From IMG/VR virus record IMGVR_UViG_3300043447_000710, positions 1 to 64,000 of that record: 64,000 nt of DNA; one strand, written 5' to 3'. This document shows positions 1 to 9,268 of this stretch, piece by piece (positions within the stretch are counted from its first letter, which is position 1; every line of letters begins with the position of its first letter). This stretch comes from a virus (Duplodnaviria > Caudoviricetes). The translations under genes and the position numbers were made by a program. The notes beneath the pieces were generated by a model. It was not told the origin of the DNA, searched no databases, and worked only from the letters and a program-made list of their open reading frames with translations.

Positions 1-91
1 TGTAATCTTTCGGATACAATCTCTTAAACTTTTTAAGTTCTCGATCGGCCGCCTTATCCGAATCTACGAAAGGTAGCCTAAACGGACTCGA

Positions 92-313
92 TCATCTTTT
101 TACCTCGATTCTGCTTTGAAAGTAATCCACCGCCAGAGCGACTTCATGCTCGGTCTGGCAAAATCTCCAGTCCAAGCAACCAAACGTGTTAGCGTAACTA
201 TCGCCACCAACCTTCAACTTTAAATCGTTGGTAATCCCAACGAAAGCCTTAACCTTCGAGGCTAATAAACCTCTAAGATACTTCTTGTCTTCCTTGCTTA
301 ACTCTAACTTCAC
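92..313 (-). CDS. hypothetical phage protein
   Basis: 73-aa ORF, co-oriented with neighbours; no recognisable motif. Confidence 0.5.
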   Translation of the reverse strand: MKLELSKEDKKYLRGLLASKVKAFVGITNDLKLKVGGDSYANTFGCLDWRFCQTEHEVALAVDYFQSRIEVKR

Positions 314-366
314 GTTGGTTTGCTGTTTTGGTCTTTGTGAATCAGTAAATGCACCCTAATTATCCC

Positions 367-483
367 CTAGCGAAAATCGTCGTAGTAATTGTCCGACCCC
401 AAACTATCAAACGGGTGTCGAAGCACGAACCCTACTATTAGTAGGACTACTAGCAAGATTAAATCTTTAAACTTTAACTTCAA
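367..483 (-). CDS. small membrane protein (38 aa)
   Basis: TTG start next to the stop of the upstream ORF; hydrophobic LILLVVLLIVGFVL; the longer 606 start overlaps the neighbouring gene. Confidence 0.4.
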   Translation of the reverse strand: MKLKFKDLILLVVLLIVGFVLRHPFDSLGSDNYYDDFR

Positions 484-484
484 G

Positions 485-775
485 TCAACTCTCCCATTGA
501 TTCCAAACAAACATCTGCAGGCATTCTTTCGCCGCAGCCTCACCACTAACCCCGCAGCGCTCGACCAGGTAACTCCGATGGCCCGCAATCCGCGTGACCA
601 AAGCAATATCTTTCTTAGAATTCTTACTAATGAATTCTGCCAAGATCCGTTCGAACGAAGGCCTGGGATCCAAGGCCGCCTTGACTCTCGACCTTAATTG
701 AAACTCGCGAATCCTTTTCGCGACAATATCATCAACCGACGGATTAACCACCGCCCGCTTCTTAAATCCAAACAT
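485..775 (-). CDS. hypothetical protein
   Basis: start re-called at ATG 775 (MFGFKK), which has a GGAG RBS upstream. Confidence 0.55.
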   Translation of the reverse strand: MFGFKKRAVVNPSVDDIVAKRIREFQLRSRVKAALDPRPSFERILAEFISKNSKKDIALVTRIAGHRSYLVERCGVSGEAAAKECLQMFVWNQWES

Positions 776-814
776 ATTATTAACTCCAGGAAAATAAATG
801 TTAACTAGCTTAGA

Positions 815-1198
815 ATGGTAACCGTTCCTTTCCCCTCCGGCTGGCTGACAATGACAACACTCACCTTGCTCGAAGCAAAAGCTCGATTCGAACTCAAGCT
901 TTCCAGACTTAACAGCCCGCGCTATCACTATCACTCAGCGCCTCTGACCTTAATCAAAGCTCTCGGCGACGCCGCAATTTCTTATCGTGAAGCTTTCTGG
1001 AACCTTAAAGGCAAACAAATAGGATTTATTAAAACCCTTAAGTCCGCCTACGGCCGGTCTCAACTCTCTAAGGTTTACCGCGCTATCACTATCGCCAGCC
1101 GTTGGCAAACTATCGTCACCAACGGCTGGCTCGAATTGCCGCTAAGAATAGTGTTAACTAAACTCAAGCGGCACTTTGGTTCAAAGGGAATTATTTAA
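815..1198 (+). CDS. hypothetical basic protein
   Basis: 127-aa ORF filling the gap between minus-strand genes; may start at ATG 851. Confidence 0.4.
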   Translation: MVTVPFPSGWLTMTTLTLLEAKARFELKLSRLNSPRYHYHSAPLTLIKALGDAAISYREAFWNLKGKQIGFIKTLKSAYGRSQLSKVYRAITIASRWQTIVTNGWLELPLRIVLTKLKRHFGSKGII

Positions 1199-1460
1199 GC
1201 GCTTGTAACCCCTTGGCTCGACAACATAAAATACGCTGCCTACCTTGAACGGCGATTCCTGAGTAGAGTTTGCCTGGATCTATTCCCACCACAATGGGCT
1301 GAATATTCCTGGCAGAGGGTTCGGCTAATAGTTGGACGTAGTAGATCCCAGCATTCGACCATTTGCCGATGGCTTTACCACTTTCAACCCACTTTCTCGC
1401 CCGACTGGGCTTGGTAGGCATGGCTGGTGTGCCATCTGGATTTTGAACTGGTATTCGCAT
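1191..1460 (-). pseudogene. iscB: truncated IscB (RRXRR/PLMP N-terminus plus RuvC-I only)
   Basis: MRIPVQNPDGTPAMPTKPSRARKW..GKA (PLMP) and VVGIDPGKLYSGIAV (RuvC-I), then unrelated sequence and a stop; no bridge helix or HNH. Confidence 0.85.
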
Positions 1461-1680
1461 TTAGAGATAATCCAAATTATGTTTGTTTGAGTCTCTTCCC
1501 ACAACGCAATCAGCATGTCTTGGCATTACCCAACGCCTTAACCAATAAGGCTTAAAGTGAATCCGAACTAGAGAAGTATTCAGAAGTTTTAAACTGCTTG
1601 CGTCTCAATGTGGTAGTCACTACTTACGTTGCTAGAATTGGTTCTAACAAGCCCCGTCGCTTCAGCGCGGGGTTAGTGAC
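1461..1680 (-). ncRNA. IscB omegaRNA scaffold / IS200-IS605 left end
   Basis: starts GTCACTAACCCCGCGCTGAAGCGACGGGGCTTG (typical IscB element end hairpin); ~220 nt non-coding, directly upstream of the iscB ATG. Confidence 0.75.
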
Positions 1681-1721
1681 CTCTCTTTCCCTCCGCTATA
1701 TTTTTAAGTTAAATTTGACTA

Positions 1722-1760
1722 CAAGGGCGGGTTTTACAACAGTTGTAAAACCCGCCCTTG
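1722..1760. terminator. perfect 19-bp inverted repeat, probable terminator of the 1771-2466 gene
   Basis: CAAGGGCGGGTTTTACAAC-A-GTTGTAAAACCCGCCCTTG, 10 nt past the stop. Confidence 0.6.
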
Positions 1761-1770
1761 CTTTTGTAGC

Positions 1771-2466
1771 TTAGATCTCGTCGTCAGCTACTAGGCCTGC
1801 TAACGCCGCCTTATCAACAGCACCCTGCCCAACCGGATTTGCTACCGGCCGATTGCTATAGGTAGCAACCATCTTGTCGAGACTCATGATCTGCGTACCA
1901 GCAGGAACGCTCAAGCCTGAAGAGCGCGTCAGGACTTTCGCGCCTTGAAACTCTAAAGTTTCAAACTTAAGGTTAGCTTTTTCGCCAACCTTTTTAGTCA
2001 GCGAGCGCCCGACGCTCGCCGCCTTAGCTACAGTGGCCGCCGTAACCTCAGTCTCGCCCAGCCTGCCGCTGATGCTGCCAGCCTCGATAAAGATCGGCAG
2101 GGCTGTCTTCAGCGTCAAGTTCTGCTTGACCCATTCAATCACAGCTTCGACTGACTCAGGGTGGATATACCCACCTTGAATCAACAGACTCAAGTCGGTT
2201 TTGTACGAGCTGACTTCAGCCCAATCACCCTCTTCCGACCCATCGCCCAAAGGTTTCAAGCTTCCATTGTTAACAACGTAGCTTAAGCCTACTACTACAT
2301 CGACTCCCCGAGTCAATGTATTGAATTCGCAGAACCCGATTGTCGATCGGAAGTAACCTCCACGCCGCCCGTTGATAATATCATCCGCGCTTACAGTCAA
2401 AACTCCGTCGCTGATGTAACTAGAGATAACAGCGTAACGGGATTCAGACAATAAAGATAAAGACAT
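1771..2466 (-). CDS. hypothetical protein with acidic C-tail (DDEI), paralog of 9269-9955
   Basis: start re-called at ATG 2466 behind AGGAGTCAACAGA; aligns by eye to 9269-9955. Confidence 0.75.
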   Translation of the reverse strand: MSLSLLSESRYAVISSYISDGVLTVSADDIINGRRGGYFRSTIGFCEFNTLTRGVDVVVGLSYVVNNGSLKPLGDGSEEGDWAEVSSYKTDLSLLIQGGYIHPESVEAVIEWVKQNLTLKTALPIFIEAGSISGRLGETEVTAATVAKAASVGRSLTKKVGEKANLKFETLEFQGAKVLTRSSGLSVPAGTQIMSLDKMVATYSNRPVANPVGQGAVDKAALAGLVADDEI

Positions 2467-2769
2467 TCTGTTGACTCCTAAAAGGATAAATGAATAATTT
2501 GACTCGTATCGATACACCCCGACCCATCCCGGCCTCGCTTCAACCTACATCTAGCTATAGTACAAAAGACTCAGCTTATTAATGTAAGTATTACGAACCC
2601 TTACCGGCTTTGCTACTAACCGTGAGTAACTTCTAACTAGTACTAAAAACTGTTAGTAAATCGCCCACATGCTTACAGCAATGCCTCCCGGCTCAAAGTG
2701 GGTTAGAGCGTCGTAATAATACTTTGTTCTTACCTTCACTAGTAGTAATCCTAAGCTCGTCTTATAAAT

Positions 2770-2898
2770 CTAACCTATTAAGCTGCTGCTCCTTCTCGTG
2801 CAAAAGACGGAAGTTACGAGCAAAGTCAGTTCTTTTCCGTACGCAAAAGGTAGGAAGTAACTAACAACAGCTATTAAGTAGATACTAAAGACTAACAA
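2770..2898 (-). CDS. possible 42-aa hydrophobic peptide
   Basis: TTG start after AAGGGA, just downstream of repeat copy 1; MLVFSIYLIAVVSYFLPF. Confidence 0.25.
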   Translation of the reverse strand: MLVFSIYLIAVVSYFLPFAYGKELTLLVTSVFCTRRSSSLIG

Positions 2899-2912
2899 AA
2901 GATTCCCTTGCG

Positions 2913-2955
2913 GCGGTAACCTCACATAAAAAGGAAGGAGGTTTTACCTCCTTCC
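2913..2955 (-). promoter_or_regulatory. hairpin-ACCRC element, copy 1
   Basis: + strand GCGGT-AACCTCA-CAT-AAAAA-GGAAGGAGG tttta CCTCCTTCC. Confidence 0.75.
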
Positions 2956-3000
2956 GGTCTAAGACTCTATAAGATGAAGGGGCTTAAAGCCCCAGCAATC

Positions 3001-6000
3001 TTAGCCTAGAGTACAGACAAAGTTTTCAGCTTGAACGGCTTCTTCGTTGTCTAGAATGGTCTTGAACATCTGACCTGCAATAGTGTCTTGCAGTAAAGCG
3101 TCCAACAGCATGTCTACGTTAACAGCGCGAGAACGTTCTAGCTCGTCTTCAGACTCAGCCATTTTTTCTAACTCGGCGCGCAGTGACACGAACTTGGCGT
3201 GTGGTCTGAAGCCGAGAATAGCATCAGCGTCGATGAACGGTACGAACTCTTCAAGCTTAGCTTGAGAGACGTCTAATAACATCTGACAGATGCTAAAGAC
3301 AAACCGTAACTCGATCGGCAACATGTCAAAATTGCCACGAGTATCCTTAGAGTAGGCGGTACAGCAACCAGCCCAAAGGAAAGCATCGCGGAACTTTTCA
3401 AAGTCACCAGCCATAAAGCCAAGTTCGGCTAACGCAGAACGGACATCGCTGTCTGGGACGTGAGTAAATTGACGCACTTTGCCTAAGCTAGGTAAGATCG
3501 TGTCAAATTTAGTCTTCTCTTTGCCGATAGCTTTAAGGATATCTTCAGGTAGATTTACATCCAAATCAGTATCTCCCTGCAACGCCCGGTTTAAATAACC
3601 AAGCGTTACTTTAGCCATAGCACTAGAGTAGCCACCCAAAGCGATTTCATAGATCTGCAAGATTCGAGCGCAGCCTAAGCTCGCACTCTCTTCCTGTAAC
3701 ATCCAGTTAAATGCTTTAGTCCAGGCAGGAGCTTCGCCTGTCAGCTCGGTAGTAACTTCGACAACGGTAGGCATCATCTCAGCCAGCAACATAGTCAAAA
3801 TTGCAACTCGATAAGTGTAGCCAACAGTAATGGATTGAACGCTTCCAGCAGCTAATTGCATTTGGATGAGCTTGTTCAGACCCATTACGTTTTTATTCCA
3901 GTTGAAACCAGACTTAGCCTTGAACTCCTTCCAGTTTCCAATCTGGAAGTGATCGGCGACGTACTGATCTGGAGCATTACCCAACCAATACTTCCAATCA
4001 AAAACGTTTACACCAGTAACTTCGTGCAGCATTTTAGCAACGCTGTCAAAGGTGCTTACTTTCAAGTTCTTGGCGGCTACTTGTTTGCTACAGTCAGCAA
4101 TCGAAATTGCGTCTCCGTCTAAGTCGCCAAAGTTAACGTACATAGAAATAGATCCCATGTAAGCCAAACCGTAGCAGAACAAAACGCCGTACTTCTTACG
4201 ATAGTAAGAAACGTCCGCATTGGTAAGAATGCGAAGCTTGCAAACGCAGCCTGCAAACATAGGCATCCGGCGGAATACCACATGCGTGATGTGCTGTGCA
4301 GGTTTACCTACAGCCTTGCCTAATCGGCCTGCTGTCTTCTCAGTCAGCCATAACTCACCGTCTGGTACGAGAATACACGCAGCAGCTTTCATGTAGCCAG
4401 TTTTAGACCCGCGCAATAACGAACGTAAGTGATTGCGTCCGTTATAGTAAGCCCAAAGCATATTGCTAACACTACCAGCCATCCGAATCATTTGGTCTTT
4501 TAGTGGCGCCATTTGATAGAACAACACTAGTTTCAACCAAGAAGTCAGAGCCTTAACAGCAGAATCGCCTTCTACTTTAAGAGAGCCTTTGTTCCAATCG
4601 TACAGAGTTTGTAAATGGATATTCAGATAATTACCACGAGTGGGATCTGTATTACCAATAAACATCATCAGCGTCCGATGTCCAAAGACTTTAGCAAGCG
4701 TACGCAAGAACTCATCATCGCTGACTAGTTCGTCTCTTTGATGGCGCTCTAATAAAGCTTCCATTTCGGTGCCTACTAAAACTTCGATGATGGCACTTAA
4801 GTTAGTGCCGTCTACAGCCTCAGCAGGTATAGCTCCAAATTGAATGCTATCAGCGCTTAGCATCCGGCGAAGGATACCATCAAAAGCAACGTTCTTACGA
4901 ACTTGCTTCATCTGCTCCTTAGCAGGCTCTTTGTAACCTACTAAAGACCACCAAACGGTTTCAGAAGGCAACATTGAAGTGCTAGACACGGCTTCCGGAA
5001 TAGTTCCGGCTTCGACCTCTACAGGGTAGAGAAGGTCTAAACCATCTTTACTACCGTAACCATAGCTACGGGTAAGCATGTGATGCTCGCCGTCCTCAGT
5101 TTGCCAGTAGATGTACACCGTATCTTTTTCGTCGATTTCACCAACTGCATCGGTAACTGCAAAAGCTTTACCGGCCGCCCAGTGCTTATCGGTATAAGTA
5201 CCTTCCCGCTCTAAGCCGAGAACGGCGTCGATTAACTCGGTAGGTAACTTGCCGTCTTCCATCACAGACAATTCGTCAGCAGAAACAAAACGCCAAGGAG
5301 CACCTTTGAGTACTGCCGTCCGATCCTCAGCAACGTACAGACTAGCTATGGAACGGTTGCGTGTATGCGGCGCTTTAAGGCGAGGCATGTCGGCTTCAGG
5401 AGTGGCCTCCTTAAACCAAGCGTAAGTACCAAAACGGACGTCAAAGTCCTCTAGTAATTCGCGATACAAACCAGCCGCACAAGCCTCGGCATCTACGTAC
5501 AACCATTCGTCGTAAGTAGGTAGTTCGATGCCTTTGAAAGCCGCTACTTTACGGTTAGTCTTAACTAACAAGTCGCGCATCGCCGGAACGGTACTACCAT
5601 AATTAGCACACTGGTGCCCCGCAAATTTAACAGGAGCTACAAAGTTGTCTTTCGCTTTAAAGCTATCGCCAGGAACGACTTTTTCGACGTTCTTAAAGCG
5701 GCCGTTGTTTAAGTTCTCATAGTCTAAGAACTTCCACATTTTGACTGCTAAGACGTTTAGCTTCAAGACAACTTCAGAGCGCAGCTTGAGCGTATTCGTA
5801 ACTTGGCAGCGTAACACGTAGTGAACGTAGAAGCGCCGCTCGGCACCCGGATCTACCTCCTCAGTAACTTTAATACTGTCTAGGTAGTATTTTGACGAGT
5901 CGTCACCCTCGTCGATCTGCAAGGTTCCATAGCAAGTAATAGAACCAGCTTTATCAGCAGTCATTAACTTACCGAGAACGTCGCCTTGTTTAACGATAGT

Positions 6001-8868
6001 ACCGCTATCGAATTGGTAACCAATGACTTTTTCGACATCATAGTTTCTCGTTACTAGAGGTTGACACGAGTACTTTTCGTCAACTTCTACCCAGAAACTT
6101 TCAATCGAATCGTTACCTACGACTTTTGCAGCTTGAGACTTCTTGCTGTATACGGCCTTTACGGTATCGATATTCATCAGACCCATGCCAGGAGAAAGCA
6201 ATAGGTTAGGCAGTACTAACGATTTAACGTTAGTTACTTTGTTGACGTTATTAACATCAGTCCGCCAACCAGCCTCAACTTCACAATTGGTCTCTAAAGC
6301 GTGGGCATAGCCCATAACTACACGCTTGACAAACTTTTCAACCTTTGAAGAAAGCGGCGCGCGCAGTTCGACTAAAACTACGTCCCAGAACTGTTCGTTC
6401 TTAGTACCGTAAGCCTCGTGCATAAGAACGCCAGCTTGCAAGCAAGCCATAGCAACTTCCGGCAAGGTGAAGATTGCTTCGACAATAGCACGCTCGTCGT
6501 TCCGATCGAACGAACCGAACTTCTTAGCAAAGCCCGCAGATTGCCACTGGTCTGCTAGCATCATAACGACACTCTGCTTAGACCAGCTATTCACAGCTAC
6601 GATCGACTCTTCGATAAAGTCCTTAACTGCCCCGTTAGGATTGGTAACCAAACCAAAGTGACGAGCTGCTGTCTCAGTCATGGACAGCGCGTTACAAGTA
6701 TGTAAGGCACCATCTTTAGCTAACTGCTTGTAGTAAGCAGTTACGTTGTAAAACTCGCGATCTCGATGCGAACCTTGCAAGGACAACCAAGAGGTTGGGT
6801 GTTGCGCGGTACGGCGCATCAATTCGATCGGCATGGGCATGTTAACTTTGACAGCAACATACTTATTCGCTTCTAACAATGCGCGCCCGCTAGCAGCACT
6901 CATGTCACGCTCGCAGGAAACCTGCTGTACTGGCATGTTGTTGCGAACGAAACGCGAGAAGTAACCACCTTTAGCGTCGGCGAGTTTAGGATTGCTGTTA
7001 TGCTCGCGGTTTATATTGGCAAAGCCGTAAACTTCAAACGCATACCATAAAGCATCCAAGCTAGAAAGTTTAACGCAGTGTTCTACGCTCAACTTACCTT
7101 TGACGCCATCCGCACCAGCTACGAACGGGCGCATATGATACATAGCTAATGAGTCCATTGGCTGCATGTACGCTTGCGCTGGATAGTTACCAACTGGAGC
7201 AGTAACGATAAACTTGTTGCCGCCACTGACAGTTAATTCGAAACCGCGCTCGGTTTCGACAAAAACAAACGGAGCAACGCCTGGTTTGGCGTTTTTACCT
7301 AGGTAGCGTACGACTTCTTGACCTAGCAGCTCGAACGCCGCCTTAACAGAGTCATACTCCAATCCCGATAAAGGCATCAGCCAAGCTTCGTTTACAGGTA
7401 CGAAAGTACACAAAGGTTGATAACCTTTTTCTTGTAAGAAGTAGCCTAAAGCTTCGTACAGGCGCTGAGGAACGATAACGTTTCCATCCCAGTACTGTAA
7501 GCTCATTGCTTGCTTAATGAGCTTGACATACGATTTGGCTTCGTTGCGTTCTAAACCTTCAAAGCGAATCGGTTCGCCTTGGCGCGCCCGGTTCTTTTTG
7601 ACGATCGCATCCAATACTTCTTCGTACTTATAGTTAGGTACTGAGCTAGGAATGATATCCCAAACGATCGACTCCTTAGTATTTGGAGCTTTATCATGGG
7701 ACGCACGCATCCGCGTAACGATGTTCGTACCGCTACGCTGAGCCAATAAGCGCTGCAACTCGCGGCCGCCACTAATCAAAGGCACGAATGCCTCTAGTAA
7801 TATTCCTCCGTCTTTTAAGATAGCGTTTATTTGAAGTGGAACTCCGTAACCATTACCGTACGCACCACGCATGGCCATTACCATGTGGGTAATAGTTTTC
7901 ATGTAGTACTGCTTATCGCAGTAAGGTGCTAACGGACGCTCGAACGCAGTTGCAAAGTTTTTGCAACCAGCAAAGATTGCGTTACGAGCTTCTTGCTCCA
8001 AATACTCTGCTGGTGTAAGAATTGCTTGTTCCATTGTTGTTGACTCCATAGGGGTGTTGGTAGACGTCCCCGTCAATTGGGTTTTACCGGTTTGCTCAAC
8101 CGAACCTACCTCCACAGCGGGAGTAGGAAAGTTCTGACGGCTTTGAAAAGCTATCATTTGAGCCTCATATGCAGCCATGTCGTAATGCTCGTTAGCATAC
8201 ATGCGGCTTTGACGCTGCTGGATCGTCGGCAAGTAACGAGCCACAGGAGCTTTAAGGTCTGCCAACCGCCCACGCTCGACTCTGAGCTGGCGTTCGCTAA
8301 TTTTAGACTTCTCCTTATCGCTCTTAGCCTTAACTGCCTTAGGAGTTTTCGCCTTATTATCAGGAACGACTTTAACTACATTTTCAGTAGCTGCGGTAGT
8401 TTTAATGCTGCTAGGCTTAAGAAGCTTCAGAGTCTTCCGTAAATAACTAGGCCGCTCTAAAGCCTTTACTGCAATCTCCTTGACTTGAAGTTTTGGCTTG
8501 CTTACGCTAGAACGTTTACGCAATAACGGACGTTGTGCCCAATCTAAAGCGATCGGATTGTACGGTATGCGTAACGCCTGACGCTTCAGTACTTTGACTG
8601 GAGCTACTGCTGCTGCTACACGGCTGGCTTTACGCAAAGCTTTAGCAGCCCGTTTCTGACGAGCTGCTAACTTAACTTCAAAGCTTAAGCCGGCTGGCTT
8701 ACGGCTTTTTAACCGCGTAACACGGTTGATTTGCCGAGAGGCTTTTTGAATCGAGCGAATCCGCGCCGCCTTGTTAGACGCACGCTTTAGACTTACTTTG
8801 CTCGAAAGCAAAGAAAGCAAAGAAAGCAAAGAAAGCAAAGAAACAGTAAGAGAAAGGTTAGTAAACAT
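3001..8868 (-). CDS. single-chain two-barrel (double-psi beta-barrel) RNA polymerase, putative non-virion RNAP
   Basis: beta'-like VFRRMP (RRMP at 4261-4272) then NFGDLDGD (4111-4134); beta-like K-x7-K KLRSEVVLK (5761-5787); alternative internal start at 8034 with a GGAG RBS. Confidence 0.8.
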   Translation of the reverse strand: MFTNLSLTVSLLSLLSLLSLLSSKVSLKRASNKAARIRSIQKASRQINRVTRLKSRKPAGLSFEVKLAARQKRAAKALRKASRVAAAVAPVKVLKRQALRIPYNPIALDWAQRPLLRKRSSVSKPKLQVKEIAVKALERPSYLRKTLKLLKPSSIKTTAATENVVKVVPDNKAKTPKAVKAKSDKEKSKISERQLRVERGRLADLKAPVARYLPTIQQRQSRMYANEHYDMAAYEAQMIAFQSRQNFPTPAVEVGSVEQTGKTQLTGTSTNTPMESTTMEQAILTPAEYLEQEARNAIFAGCKNFATAFERPLAPYCDKQYYMKTITHMVMAMRGAYGNGYGVPLQINAILKDGGILLEAFVPLISGGRELQRLLAQRSGTNIVTRMRASHDKAPNTKESIVWDIIPSSVPNYKYEEVLDAIVKKNRARQGEPIRFEGLERNEAKSYVKLIKQAMSLQYWDGNVIVPQRLYEALGYFLQEKGYQPLCTFVPVNEAWLMPLSGLEYDSVKAAFELLGQEVVRYLGKNAKPGVAPFVFVETERGFELTVSGGNKFIVTAPVGNYPAQAYMQPMDSLAMYHMRPFVAGADGVKGKLSVEHCVKLSSLDALWYAFEVYGFANINREHNSNPKLADAKGGYFSRFVRNNMPVQQVSCERDMSAASGRALLEANKYVAVKVNMPMPIELMRRTAQHPTSWLSLQGSHRDREFYNVTAYYKQLAKDGALHTCNALSMTETAARHFGLVTNPNGAVKDFIEESIVAVNSWSKQSVVMMLADQWQSAGFAKKFGSFDRNDERAIVEAIFTLPEVAMACLQAGVLMHEAYGTKNEQFWDVVLVELRAPLSSKVEKFVKRVVMGYAHALETNCEVEAGWRTDVNNVNKVTNVKSLVLPNLLLSPGMGLMNIDTVKAVYSKKSQAAKVVGNDSIESFWVEVDEKYSCQPLVTRNYDVEKVIGYQFDSGTIVKQGDVLGKLMTADKAGSITCYGTLQIDEGDDSSKYYLDSIKVTEEVDPGAERRFYVHYVLRCQVTNTLKLRSEVVLKLNVLAVKMWKFLDYENLNNGRFKNVEKVVPGDSFKAKDNFVAPVKFAGHQCANYGSTVPAMRDLLVKTNRKVAAFKGIELPTYDEWLYVDAEACAAGLYRELLEDFDVRFGTYAWFKEATPEADMPRLKAPHTRNRSIASLYVAEDRTAVLKGAPWRFVSADELSVMEDGKLPTELIDAVLGLEREGTYTDKHWAAGKAFAVTDAVGEIDEKDTVYIYWQTEDGEHHMLTRSYGYGSKDGLDLLYPVEVEAGTIPEAVSSTSMLPSETVWWSLVGYKEPAKEQMKQVRKNVAFDGILRRMLSADSIQFGAIPAEAVDGTNLSAIIEVLVGTEMEALLERHQRDELVSDDEFLRTLAKVFGHRTLMMFIGNTDPTRGNYLNIHLQTLYDWNKGSLKVEGDSAVKALTSWLKLVLFYQMAPLKDQMIRMAGSVSNMLWAYYNGRNHLRSLLRGSKTGYMKAAACILVPDGELWLTEKTAGRLGKAVGKPAQHITHVVFRRMPMFAGCVCKLRILTNADVSYYRKKYGVLFCYGLAYMGSISMYVNFGDLDGDAISIADCSKQVAAKNLKVSTFDSVAKMLHEVTGVNVFDWKYWLGNAPDQYVADHFQIGNWKEFKAKSGFNWNKNVMGLNKLIQMQLAAGSVQSITVGYTYRVAILTMLLAEMMPTVVEVTTELTGEAPAWTKAFNWMLQEESASLGCARILQIYEIALGGYSSAMAKVTLGYLNRALQGDTDLDVNLPEDILKAIGKEKTKFDTILPSLGKVRQFTHVPDSDVRSALAELGFMAGDFEKFRDAFLWAGCCTAYSKDTRGNFDMLPIELRFVFSICQMLLDVSQAKLEEFVPFIDADAILGFRPHAKFVSLRAELEKMAESEDELERSRAVNVDMLLDALLQDTIAGQMFKTILDNEEAVQAENFVCTLG
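8804..8843. repeat. 9-bp tandem repeat (GAAAGCAAA)x4
   Basis: direct reading; encodes SLL repeats in the RNAP N-terminal extension. Confidence 0.9.
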
Positions 8869-8878
8869 TAAGATTGTT

Positions 8879-8921
8879 GCGGTAACGACATATAAAAAGG
8901 AAGGGGTCATTCGACCCCTTC
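8879..8921 (-). promoter_or_regulatory. hairpin-ACCRC element, copy 2
   Basis: GCGGT-AACGACA-TAT-AAAAAG-GAAGGGGTC attc GACCCCTTC. Confidence 0.75.
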
Positions 8922-8978
8922 TTAACTTTTACGAAGCTGCGGTGGCTAAATCAGCGTATGCCCGTACTAAAGTCAGTA

Positions 8979-9182
8979 TTAACGTAATACTGTATGTTGC
9001 ATCTTGCCAAAGCTTACAACGGCTTTAGGTCCTTGCATTTCTACAAATACATCAAACCTGAGGACATTAAACCGTTCGCCATCAAACAGTAATAACCAAT
9101 CATCGATGTCATAACCTTGTAGACGATCTTTCCAATCGTCATGGGTAAAGCCCGCGTACCAATGCTTTATATGTAATTTCAC
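8979..9182 (-). CDS. hypothetical early protein
   Basis: GTG start with AAGGAG RBS; one ORF per repeat unit. Confidence 0.65.
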   Translation of the reverse strand: MKLHIKHWYAGFTHDDWKDRLQGYDIDDWLLLFDGERFNVLRFDVFVEMQGPKAVVSFGKMQHTVLR

Positions 9183-9211
9183 GTTAACTCCTTATGTGGA
9201 TTCAAGTTGTC

Positions 9212-9254
9212 GCGGTAATCGCACATAAAAAGGAAGGAGATATAATCTCCTTCC
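9212..9254 (-). promoter_or_regulatory. hairpin-ACCRC element, copy 3
   Basis: GCGGT-AATCGCA-CAT-AAAAA-GGAAGGAGAT ata ATCTCCTTCC. Confidence 0.75.
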
Positions 9255-9268
9255 AGCTTAAGAGTTAA

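Noticed and set aside
8869-8910. RNAP start at 8910, and the analogous start at 15258
   Set aside because: These ATGs lie inside the hairpin element itself; downstream starts fit better
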